A stretch of 32,000 bases of DNA, taken from the NCBI RefSeq assembly GCF_001945605.1, contig NZ_MPKA01000021.1:1-32000 (forward strand), given 5' to 3'. Position 1 is the first letter of the stretch; each line of letters starts with the position of its first letter. The translations under genes and the position numbers were made by a program. Source of the DNA: Dubosiella newyorkensis (GTDB lineage Bacteria; Bacillota_I; Bacilli_A; Erysipelotrichales; Erysipelotrichaceae). The notes beneath the pieces were generated by a model that ran no database searches, was not told the origin of the DNA, and was given only the letters and a program-made list of their open reading frames with translations. Shown in pieces: positions 1-7,771 of the stretch.

Positions 1-17
1 ATATACAACGATTCGAT

Positions 18-182
18 CTACCGAACCGAATAGTCTTCAAATTCCGGAATCGTTTTTTTCACGATATAAGCCAGGATCGCCTTTTTGGAAAGCACCTTTT
101 TGCAGGCCGCATCGAATGTCTTTTCTTGATTCCATTGTAGCATAGGATACGAGAATATTTCTTCTCGAACAAAGCTGTACAT
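18..182 (-). pseudogene. Short 54-codon ORF (MYSFVREEIFSYPMLQWNQEKTFDAACKKVLSKKAILAYIVKKTIPEFEDYSVR*). It may be a truncated N-terminal fragment of a larger gene, possibly of the nuclease/transposase-like (Rpn / PD-(D/E)XK) type.
   Basis: An ATG at 182 follows AAGGGGGA with good spacing, and the stop is at 18-20. It is not in the supplied ORF track because it is under 60 aa. The family resemblance comes from memory of N-terminal xFKxxLSxKxILAxxxKxxxPEF-type motifs only. Confidence 0.25.
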
Positions 183-304
183 AGTGATTCCCCCTTCTTA
201 TATTCAATACGACAAAAAACAAAAAAATGGTCCCAAAAAAGAAAAAAACTGCGAAAGATTTTAATCTTCCACAGTTCAAAGAAACATTTCGTTAAAGTTG
301 ATGA

Positions 305-3300
305 TTATTTGTCTTCTTCACTTGTTTCCTTTGTTCGGAATACAAACCGAACTTTTGAATCTGCACCCTTAGGAGCTCCGGCAAACGACGCGTTTTCTTG
401 ATTCAAATCTTGAATATCTTCCACAATATCCATCAAAGTCTTCACTTCATTCGTCGTCAGATCTAATTTTTTCTTCAATTGACCCATTCCTTGTTCTTGG
501 AATTGATCGGAACCTTCTGCCAGCTTTTTCGCACCAGCATCGAGTTCATCTACACCCGATTCTAGTTTGCTGATTCCTGCCTTCAATTCATTGAGTTTGT
601 CTTTTTGATCATACAATTGTTTCGTTCCAGCTTCTAATTGACTTGCACCTTCTTTAAGTTTTCCAGAATTTTCGTTGAGTTGATTTGTACCTTGTGCTAT
701 TCCATTCGCTCCAGAATTCAATTGGTCAACACCATCCGTCAACATACCTAAACCATTTTGTAATTCGGAGAGTTTACCTTTTTGATCATACAATTGTTTT
801 GTTCCAGCCTCTAATTGACTCGCTCCCTCTTTAAGTTTTCCGGAATTCTCATTGAGTTGGTTTGTTCCTTGGGCTAAGCTATTCGCTCCAGAATTTAATT
901 GATCAACGCCTCCGCTGAGCTTACCTAAACCTGCTTTTAACTCATTCAACTTATCTTTTTGATCAGCCAACTGTTTCGTACCTTGAGCGAGTTGAGCAGC
1001 TCCACTATTCAAAGCCTCGTTTTGATCAACAAGTTGTTGAGATCCAGCATTCAATTGAGCAGCCGCTTGATTTGTGCTCTCTTCCAGTTTATCGATTCCT
1101 TGATCCATTCTTGTGATTCCATTTTGAACATTTTGGGAGCCCTTTGTTAATTTACCGAGACCCTCTTTTAACTGAGCAACTTGATTTTGAATATCTCCAA
1201 TAACCGGCGTCAAAGTTGGATCGCTCAAAGAAGACTGCATCTGATTTAGAATCGTTTTTGAAGTTTGAATATCGCTTTGCATACTTGCCAAACTATCTTT
1301 TGCTGATTTGATCGTCTCTTGCATCGAACTAAGTCCGGCGCTCATTGTTTGAAAATCCTGAGCCAATTGAGAAGGATCGAGTTTTTCTAACGCTTGAAGC
1401 TGTTCAGGAGAAGTTGCCGCAGCCAAAGCATCTCTTTGACTTTGCAAGCTTGCGATTTGAGAACTTAGATCAACCGTTACTGTCTTTGTTTCATACGTAA
1501 CTGTGTCTTGTTCTCGTCCATTTTCATCAACCGTTTTCGTAGTGACAGGCACTTCATAAGTTTGATTGACTTGCGCATTCTGTAAGGCAGCGATCGCAGA
1601 ATCAATTTGAGCAATGTAGGCATTTCGTTCTGATTTAAATTGAGCAACGCTCGAATTAGCAGAAGCGTTATAAGCATCGATCTTCGCGTTATTTTGATCA
1701 ATGATCGCATTCATCTTTCCAGCTTCTGTTTGAATATCTGCTACAAGAGCTTCCATGCCAGTTAATCCTTGAGAAGCTTGTTCAACAGTCGCGCTCATCG
1801 AATCGAGAGTGTTCGTATCTTTGACTAAAATCGTATTGAGCTCGTCTAAAGCCGCCTTTGCCTTTTGAATCTTATCATTCAAGTTTTTAATCAAGTTTGG
1901 ATCCAGACTAGAAACCTTTTGACTGATCTCTTCAATACCATCTACAACTTTTTGATTGCCTTCACTCAATGTCAAACTTCCTTGTTTGAGTTCACGGACA
2001 CCATTATCGATCGCATACAAGTTTTTATTTCCTTCATTTAACTGAGCAACCCCAGCCGTATATTGTGCTAGACCTGCTTGAAGGTTTTCGCTACCTTCAG
2101 CGAGCTGGCTCGATCCTTCGATCAATTGATCGATTTGAGGATAAGCACTCTCTAATGGCTTCATGCCCTCTTTAAGTTGATCTGTTCCTTGAGCGAGCTG
2201 ACCTGCTCCCGTGTTGACTTTTGCCACTCCATTCGTATATTCTTCGATGCCAGTATGTAGCTTTTTGCTTCCATCGTACAGTTGAGAAACTCCATTTCCT
2301 AGCTGATTAAGCTGAGGTCCAACTTGTGCTAATGGCTGTATCCCCGCTCTTAATTGATCTGTTCCTTGAGCAAGCTGACCTACTCCCGTGTTGACTTTTG
2401 CCACTCCATTCGTATATTCTTCGATGCCAGTATTCAGCTTCTTGCTTCCATCATACAATTGGGACGCTCCATTACTTAGCTCTTCGATTTTTGGACCAGC
2501 CTGAGTCAATGGCTGGATCCCCGCCTTCAATTCTCCTGTTCCATCCGACAATTGATGTGTTCCCTCATTGATCTGCTCGCTAGCGCTGACAAGCTCATTG
2601 ATGCCACCCGTAAGATCGGAAACTGAATCGATTCCTTCGATGTCTTCTGCATCCATTTCATTGGTAGCCCCCATCATGATTTCCGTTTCTTGATAGTCTT
2701 TGACATCGGCATTGATCGTGATCGTATCGCTCAAATCTACTTTTTTAGCCACCGTAGAAAGTCCTGCTTCATCCAATGTTTGAGCGAGTCCAGGAACCGT
2801 GGCGAACGCTAAGATCTCGTTTTTGCCATCATTGACGATCTTGCCTTGCTTGCATTTGACATTCGAGAATACATCGGTATTCAAATCCATCAAACCCCCT
2901 GCAATATAGGAAGGATGAATCGTGACCTCTTTCCCATTCGCCATCACTTTTTTTGAAATGTTGTTTGTAAAATGGATCAACATTTCTAAATGGCCGCTCT
3001 TGCCGACAAGATCCTTTGGAGCAATCGTCTTTCCATCCAATTTATATTCGATCGACAGTGAAATCGGAAGATCCTTTTTCGTGTCGCCTTGATAATATAC
3101 ATCATTGCCTTTGACATTCCATGTATACTCTTTCCCTTTGACCGTTGGCTTTTCATCGGTCTTGATATTTTCAACATTTTCAAGATCGAGCGTTTCTTGA
3201 ATCGACTGGATCCCGTCTTCATCATGGAGCCATGAAGAAACGATCGTATCCTCCACGTTTCCATTCGCGTCGATCACTGTATATACTGTCTCCGTTTTTT

Positions 3301-3406
3301 CGGTCGGATGATCTTCCTCACTTGCAAAAAGCGGAATCGAAATCGAAGAACATCCCATCACTGTCGCAAGAATCGAACATCCAATATTTTTAATTGTTTT
3401 ATTCAT
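305..3406 (-). CDS. 1033-aa lipoprotein or secreted protein containing X-X-X-Leu-X-X-Gly heptad repeats (YhgE/Pip-like repeat region). It has no C-terminal membrane domain.
   Basis: The N-terminus MNKTIKNIGCSILATVMGCSS has a hydrophobic core and a lipobox-like VMGC. A mixed-composition domain of about 260 aa follows. About 750 aa then carry reiterated QLxxGxxQLxxGxxxL heptads. The C-terminus is hydrophilic (TKETSEEDK). I prefer the start at 3406 because ATGAATAA overlaps the upstream MMPL stop, and the 16-aa extension in the track ORF lies inside the MMPL gene. Confidence 0.75.
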   Translation of the reverse strand: MNKTIKNIGCSILATVMGCSSISIPLFASEEDHPTEKTETVYTVIDANGNVEDTIVSSWLHDEDGIQSIQETLDLENVENIKTDEKPTVKGKEYTWNVKGNDVYYQGDTKKDLPISLSIEYKLDGKTIAPKDLVGKSGHLEMLIHFTNNISKKVMANGKEVTIHPSYIAGGLMDLNTDVFSNVKCKQGKIVNDGKNEILAFATVPGLAQTLDEAGLSTVAKKVDLSDTITINADVKDYQETEIMMGATNEMDAEDIEGIDSVSDLTGGINELVSASEQINEGTHQLSDGTGELKAGIQPLTQAGPKIEELSNGASQLYDGSKKLNTGIEEYTNGVAKVNTGVGQLAQGTDQLRAGIQPLAQVGPQLNQLGNGVSQLYDGSKKLHTGIEEYTNGVAKVNTGAGQLAQGTDQLKEGMKPLESAYPQIDQLIEGSSQLAEGSENLQAGLAQYTAGVAQLNEGNKNLYAIDNGVRELKQGSLTLSEGNQKVVDGIEEISQKVSSLDPNLIKNLNDKIQKAKAALDELNTILVKDTNTLDSMSATVEQASQGLTGMEALVADIQTEAGKMNAIIDQNNAKIDAYNASANSSVAQFKSERNAYIAQIDSAIAALQNAQVNQTYEVPVTTKTVDENGREQDTVTYETKTVTVDLSSQIASLQSQRDALAAATSPEQLQALEKLDPSQLAQDFQTMSAGLSSMQETIKSAKDSLASMQSDIQTSKTILNQMQSSLSDPTLTPVIGDIQNQVAQLKEGLGKLTKGSQNVQNGITRMDQGIDKLEESTNQAAAQLNAGSQQLVDQNEALNSGAAQLAQGTKQLADQKDKLNELKAGLGKLSGGVDQLNSGANSLAQGTNQLNENSGKLKEGASQLEAGTKQLYDQKGKLSELQNGLGMLTDGVDQLNSGANGIAQGTNQLNENSGKLKEGASQLEAGTKQLYDQKDKLNELKAGISKLESGVDELDAGAKKLAEGSDQFQEQGMGQLKKKLDLTTNEVKTLMDIVEDIQDLNQENASFAGAPKGADSKVRFVFRTKETSEEDK
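500..1140. repeat. In-frame tandem repeat with a 177-bp (59-aa) period, about 3.5 copies, inside the heptad-repeat gene.
   Basis: The anchor TTTTTGATC recurs with its GATC at 607, 784 and 961, exactly 177 bp apart. Units 603-779 and 780-956 are near-identical by eye, and the flanking units are more diverged. Confidence 0.8.
2150..2530. repeat. Second in-frame tandem duplication with a 177-bp period, two copies, inside the same gene.
   Basis: TTGATCTGTTCCTTGAGC recurs with its GATC at 2179 and 2356, 177 bp apart. The encoded units IQPLxQxGPxxxxLxNGxSQLYDGSKKLxTGIEEYTNGVAKVNTGxGQLAQGTDQL are nearly identical. Confidence 0.8.
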
Positions 3407-5492
3407 GAGCAATTTCTCCCTTGGCTTTTGGCCATCCCTTAGTCGTTTTTTCAATCAATTTAGAAAAGAAGATCAGAAGTGAAGGAAGCACAGTCAAGAT
3501 CACGATTACCGAAATCAAGGCGCCCCTTCCTAATAATTCACATAAAGAAGCAATCATATCCATCTTGGCAATCAACGCCACCCCCGAACAAGCAGCAAAG
3601 AACGACAAGCCACTTGTGATGATCGAAGGCGATGTCATCATGATCGCCGTTTGCGCAGCCCGTTTTCGATCTTTGCCATTTTGAAGCTCTTCCTTAAACC
3701 GTGTCGTCATCAAGATCGCATAATCGATACAAGCGCCCAACTGAATCGTGCCAATAACAATACCCGCAATAAATGGCAACTGTGTATGCGTCAAGAATGG
3801 AATACCCATATTGATACAAATCGCAAACTCGATCGCCAATACAAGAATAAAAGGCAAAGAGAACGATTTGAACGTGATTGCGATGATCAACAAAATCGCC
3901 ACGATCGACACAATATTGACCATTTGAAAATCTGTATTTGTAACATGAATCAAATCTCTCGTCAAGCTTCCTTCTCCAGCAATTTTCGCCTCCGGATCGT
4001 ATTTATGAATGATCGAATCGATTTGATCCAGCTGTTTATTCTCTTGATCTGTGGCAGCCCGGTAATCCGAATTGATCACCAACAAACGCTTGCCACCATT
4101 ATGCAAAATATCTTGCACAGCCTTCGGTTCAAAAGTGCTCGGAACCCCAGGACCCATATATTTTTCATAACCAATCACATTCGTGACCCCATCGACCTTT
4201 TCGATCCGGTCAATGATCTTTTGAATATCTTTCGTTTTCACTTGATCTGAAAGGATCGTGAAATGAGTCGTTGTCATATTGAACTTTTCCTTTAATTGAT
4301 TCGTTCCAATAACACTTGGCAAATCTTCAGGAAGCGTCTGCGTCAAATCGTAATATTGACCTACGTTGGCTTGGCAATAGATAGCTGGAATGAACAACAA
4401 TACAAAGACGATCAAAATCGCTTTATAATGCTTCACTACAAATTTAGGCGTTCTCTTTAAAGGACGGATCAGTACAGGATGTGACCATTTCTCGATCCAT
4501 GGATCAAAAGCCATCAAAAGACTAGGCAAAACCAACACGGTACAAACAACACCCAAAACGACACCTTTTGCCATGACGATTCCAATATCTTTTCCCAACG
4601 TCAGCTGCATAGCACATAAGGCCAAGAATCCAGCAATCGTTGTGACTGAAGAAGAAGTGATTGAAACAAAAGTGGCATGGATCGCTTTTGACATCGCCAA
4701 TTCTTTATCGCTCACCTTTTGTTTTTCTTCTTGATAACGGTGTAAGAGGAAAATGGAATAGTCCATCGTTACAGCCAGCTGCAAAATCAACGCCAAAGCC
4801 TGCGTAATATAGGAAATCTGACCTAAGAACACATTCGTTCCCATATTGTAGATGATCGGAAACGCGATACCGATCAAGAAAACGATCGGGGCGACCCAAG
4901 ATTTCAAGCCTAGACATAATACGAACAAACAAAGAATAACGGCGATCAATGAATAAATTGGCGTCTCCGTATTCACTAAATCTTTCGTATCTTCTGTAAT
5001 CGCGCTAAACCCTGCCAAATAACAATCCATCGCCGCATATTTCTTGATCTTCGCGATCGCATCCATCGTCGTATCCGAAGCAGTCGGCTCTTTGAACGTG
5101 ATGATCAACATCGTTGAATCGCCACTGTAAAGCATCTTTCTTATATTTTCAGGAATCGCTTCTTTTGGCACCGTGATGTCTGTGGCATCATCTCTCCAAA
5201 TAACTTTGTCGACTCCTTGGATCCCCTGAATCTCTTTTTTTAACTTGAGAACATCTTTATCCTTCATATTGTTGACAACGAGCATGTCGACACTCGATAA
5301 ATTAAAATCATCATTCAAAATATCTTGCGCTTTCATAGACTCACTGTCTTTTGGCAAATAGGATAAAATATCGTAGTTGACTTTTGTGTTCAAATATCCA
5401 AACACACTTGGAATAAGAAGCAAGATCGAAATGATCAAGATCACCTTTCGATACTTGACGATAAATTGTGATAGTTTTTCCATATTCCTCAA
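3399..5492 (-). CDS. MMPL / RND-superfamily membrane transporter (697 aa).
   Basis: The layout is two-lobed. Each lobe has one N-terminal TM helix, an extracytoplasmic domain of about 150-170 aa, and a cluster of about five TM helices. This is typical of Gram-positive MMPL proteins (YdfJ/YdgH-like). The start may be TTG at 5492 (AAAGGAA upstream) or ATG at 5483. Confidence 0.8.
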   Translation of the reverse strand: MRNMEKLSQFIVKYRKVILIISILLLIPSVFGYLNTKVNYDILSYLPKDSESMKAQDILNDDFNLSSVDMLVVNNMKDKDVLKLKKEIQGIQGVDKVIWRDDATDITVPKEAIPENIRKMLYSGDSTMLIITFKEPTASDTTMDAIAKIKKYAAMDCYLAGFSAITEDTKDLVNTETPIYSLIAVILCLFVLCLGLKSWVAPIVFLIGIAFPIIYNMGTNVFLGQISYITQALALILQLAVTMDYSIFLLHRYQEEKQKVSDKELAMSKAIHATFVSITSSSVTTIAGFLALCAMQLTLGKDIGIVMAKGVVLGVVCTVLVLPSLLMAFDPWIEKWSHPVLIRPLKRTPKFVVKHYKAILIVFVLLFIPAIYCQANVGQYYDLTQTLPEDLPSVIGTNQLKEKFNMTTTHFTILSDQVKTKDIQKIIDRIEKVDGVTNVIGYEKYMGPGVPSTFEPKAVQDILHNGGKRLLVINSDYRAATDQENKQLDQIDSIIHKYDPEAKIAGEGSLTRDLIHVTNTDFQMVNIVSIVAILLIIAITFKSFSLPFILVLAIEFAICINMGIPFLTHTQLPFIAGIVIGTIQLGACIDYAILMTTRFKEELQNGKDRKRAAQTAIMMTSPSIITSGLSFFAACSGVALIAKMDMIASLCELLGRGALISVIVILTVLPSLLIFFSKLIEKTTKGWPKAKGEIAHE

Positions 5493-5513
5493 TACATTCC
5501 TTTCATGCCTGTG

Positions 5514-5542
5514 AATATATCACTAGAATGACTATTGGTCAA
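5514..5542 (-). promoter_or_regulatory. Putative sigma-A promoter of the MMPL operon: -35 TTGACC, 17-nt spacer, extended -10 TGATATATT.
   Basis: On the minus strand the region reads TTGACC aatagtcattctagTGa TATATT. The -35 is at 5537-5542 and the -10 at 5514-5519. Confidence 0.55.
5529..5541. promoter_or_regulatory. Candidate TetR operator 1: inverted repeat TGACtattgGTCA overlapping the -35 of the MMPL promoter.
   Basis: The palindrome TGAC-N5-GTCA is visible at 5529-5541. A related element lies at 5599-5614. Confidence 0.4.
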
Positions 5543-5598
5543 ATATTTTACATTTTTTTTGTTTTAGAAACTATAATCACGATTTTCAACTAAACAAA

Positions 5599-5614
5599 TG
5601 GTCATTTTTAGTCA
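5599..5614. promoter_or_regulatory. Candidate TetR operator 2: TGGTCAtttttAGTCA, overlapping the -35 and spacer of the tetR promoter.
   Basis: It shares the TGAC(T/C)A half-sites with operator 1 and sits symmetrically in the divergent intergenic region. Confidence 0.35.
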
Positions 5615-5619
5615 ACTTG

Positions 5620-5628
5620 TGATATAGT
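5620..5628 (+). promoter_or_regulatory. Extended -10 element TGaTATAGT for the tetR gene. It ends 6 nt before the ATG, which is a leaderless arrangement.
   Basis: The sequence is tgTGaTATAGTtaagccATG. There is no Shine-Dalgarno sequence between the -10 and the start at 5635. Confidence 0.4.
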
Positions 5629-5634
5629 TAAGCC

Positions 5635-6258
5635 ATGAAAAGCAAAATACTCGAAAATAAACGCAAAAAAAAAGAGAGCCTGCTTAAAGCAGCCTACTCG
5701 CTCTTCTCAAAAACAGATATCAAAAATGTCAGCATCCAAGATATCGTATCCAATGCCGGAGTGGCTAAAGGAACTTTCTATCTTTACTTTAAAGATAAGT
5801 ATCATCTTAGAGACTACTTGATCTCGATCGAAGTCTCCAAGCTTTTTAAAAGCGCCAATGATGAACTGCAAAAAAACGATATCCGCAATTTTGAAGACAG
5901 CGTCGTCTTTATCCTCAACAACGTACTGCTCTCCTTAGAATCCAATCCAGTCATGCTTCGCTTCATTAAAAACAACCTGTCTCTTGGCGTATTTCATGAA
6001 CAGCTCCACTCCGCCCTCGAAAACGATGAAACGTATAATTTAAACGATCAATTCATCAAACTCGTGCACAAATATCATTATACATTCAAAAATCCAACGA
6101 TCATTTTATATTTGATCATCGAAATGGTCGGAAGCGCCTGTTATACAAGCATCCTCGAATCCAAACCAATGCCGATCCAGGAGCTTAAGCCCTATTTGTT
6201 CGACTCGATCCGTGCTATACTCAAGCAAGGAGAACCATCCAAAGAAAGCGAGAAATAA
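5635..6258 (+). CDS. TetR/AcrR family transcriptional regulator (207 aa).
   Basis: The N-terminal HTH signature is LLKAAYSLFSKTDIKNVSIQDIVSNAGVAKGTFYLYFKDKYHL. The gene is divergent from the MMPL operon. Confidence 0.85.
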   Translation: MKSKILENKRKKKESLLKAAYSLFSKTDIKNVSIQDIVSNAGVAKGTFYLYFKDKYHLRDYLISIEVSKLFKSANDELQKNDIRNFEDSVVFILNNVLLSLESNPVMLRFIKNNLSLGVFHEQLHSALENDETYNLNDQFIKLVHKYHYTFKNPTIILYLIIEMVGSACYTSILESKPMPIQELKPYLFDSIRAILKQGEPSKESEK

Positions 6259-6260
6259 AT

Positions 6261-6617
6261 ATGGCAACACAACATCCAATCTGGACCTTGACCAAAAAGA
6301 TCGACACGCCTCAAAATATCAGTGCCGTTCTAGATACCAACGAAACCGCTCTAGTCAGCTATAAAGATGGAAAAGATATATTCACACTTACAAACCAACG
6401 GATCCTTTTATCCGATTCGCAAGGACTTTTCGGCTCCGAGCATACACTGTATGTTTTCCCAGTCTCAAAGATCGAAGCCTATAGCCTACAACAAGCCAAT
6501 CTGCAAAAAAACACATTGACGATCGATACATGGAACGATCAATACATTTTTAAACTCGATCACTCGATCGATCCAAACGAGCTCCTTAAGCTACTCGCTC
6601 AAGCGATGGCGCGCTAA
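6261..6617 (+). CDS. Bacterial PH-domain (YokE-like) protein (118 aa).
   Basis: The pattern ...LTNQRILL...(short strands)...IEAYSL...L and the size fit bPH-type domains. The gene starts 2 nt after the tetR stop. Confidence 0.45.
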   Translation: MATQHPIWTLTKKIDTPQNISAVLDTNETALVSYKDGKDIFTLTNQRILLSDSQGLFGSEHTLYVFPVSKIEAYSLQQANLQKNTLTIDTWNDQYIFKLDHSIDPNELLKLLAQAMAR

Positions 6618-7669
6618 AAAACCGCTCGATCTGGCGCTTCCTCCATCGAAACGATATGTTTTGTCTTTTCATTCCGGTATAGCTTCAGCGATTCTTCGCT
6701 CAAGCTTTCGATAAAATCGACTTTCGCGCTCAAAGCGTCTTCGAGATCCATCAAAATATGATACAAAAGAGCACGACTTTCAAATTCTTCACGAGAAGAA
6801 GGAAGCGGCTCTTTTTTCATGACCAAAAAGATTTCACTCAAGATCTCCTTTTGCATGATCGGCAATTCATGCTCATAGATCTTGTTGCAGCAAACATCCA
6901 AAAATTGCTCGATGATCTTTGCTTGAGCAGGCATGCTCCGAATCTTACGGATCTCATAATGCAAATTATGAAGAATATGAAACTGACGTATCCGCATCTG
7001 AAAGTATTCAATAAAATACTGAGGATGATCGCTGAACGTATTGTCTTGAAACTCGATCGCCTGCGACAAAGCTGTCTGCAGCTCCTTTTCGATCCGCCCA
7101 AACTCTCCCCATACTTTTGAATTTGTCTCCATCTTTTCCATATATACGATTACTTCTCGAATCAAGATCAAAAGCTCCTCATCCGTTTTCCGCACCTTTT
7201 CAACCAAAGAACTTGTCGCTCCTCGATAATCATGAAACAAATTAAAAACGATCGCGATCGAGATTCCGATCAACAACAAAAAAAACTCGTTAAAAATAAA
7301 AGGCCAAGAATACGTTTGAGTCGAAAAAAAATGCATCGCGATCAAAGCATTGACTGAAAGTGTCTGCTGCGTTTTCGAAGCCTCCGTGATCAGAACGAGC
7401 AAAAAGATCACAAAACCAAAAGCGATAAAATCTTCCTGAAGCCAAGGATAGATCCAACAACACAAGCTCACCGTAATAAGAAACGTCCAAATTCTTTGAA
7501 ACGTCAATTTAAACGTCCCTTTTTTTGTCGTCAAAAGAGTCAACAAAGTGATCGTCCCTGCCCCCATCGGATTTTCTAGCCAAAACAAATGCGCCAAAAA
7601 AACAGCAAGCGCCGAACCTATTCCAATTTTAAACGCTAAGATCAAAGCCTTCTTTTGATTGATTGACAT
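6614..7669 (-). CDS. Aromatic acid exporter (ArAE/FUSC-like) family membrane protein (351 aa).
   Basis: From MSINQKKALILAFKIGIGSALAVFLAHLF onward there are about five TM helices, followed by a cytoplasmic helical C-terminal half. I chose the start at 7669 (GGAGGAtcgtATG). The track ORF's 63-aa extension crosses the divergent promoter region. Confidence 0.6.
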   Translation of the reverse strand: MSINQKKALILAFKIGIGSALAVFLAHLFWLENPMGAGTITLLTLLTTKKGTFKLTFQRIWTFLITVSLCCWIYPWLQEDFIAFGFVIFLLVLITEASKTQQTLSVNALIAMHFFSTQTYSWPFIFNEFFLLLIGISIAIVFNLFHDYRGATSSLVEKVRKTDEELLILIREVIVYMEKMETNSKVWGEFGRIEKELQTALSQAIEFQDNTFSDHPQYFIEYFQMRIRQFHILHNLHYEIRKIRSMPAQAKIIEQFLDVCCNKIYEHELPIMQKEILSEIFLVMKKEPLPSSREEFESRALLYHILMDLEDALSAKVDFIESLSEESLKLYRNEKTKHIVSMEEAPDRAVF

Positions 7670-7771
7670 ACGATCCTCCCCGAACTGTTTCTTTAAGTCT
7701 ACGAAAAAGATTGCGATTATACAATACTTGACGGATAGGAGTATAATAGATGGGCAATTACAGAAAAGGAA

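Noticed and set aside
37-279. 80-aa track ORF on the minus strand
   Set aside because: It has low-complexity Phe/Lys-rich translation from an A/T-run region and no RBS. It overlaps the better-supported 18-182 ORF in a different frame and is probably spurious.
500-2530. The regular 177-bp repeats as a CRISPR-like or satellite array
   Set aside because: The repeats are in frame, encode the heptad motif, have no unique spacers and lie inside one continuous ORF. They are coding tandem duplications.
959-4250. Antisense ORFs inside the heptad and MMPL genes (959-1150, 1477-1710, 2986-3264, 3421-3684, 3651-4250)
   Set aside because: They are shadow frames of long, well-supported genes, with biased or low-complexity translations and no RBS. 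The same applies to the other embedded ORFs listed in the track, for example 12637-13032, 19985-20440, 26591-27118 and 27396-27878.
7716-7747. Divergent TATAAT boxes between the ArAE gene and the FemAB-family gene (minus-strand TATAAT at 7716-7721, plus-strand TATAAT at 7742-7747)
   Set aside because: The -10 hexamers are perfect, but I found no -35 at an acceptable spacing. TTGACG is only 8 nt from the plus-strand -10. I did not list them as features.
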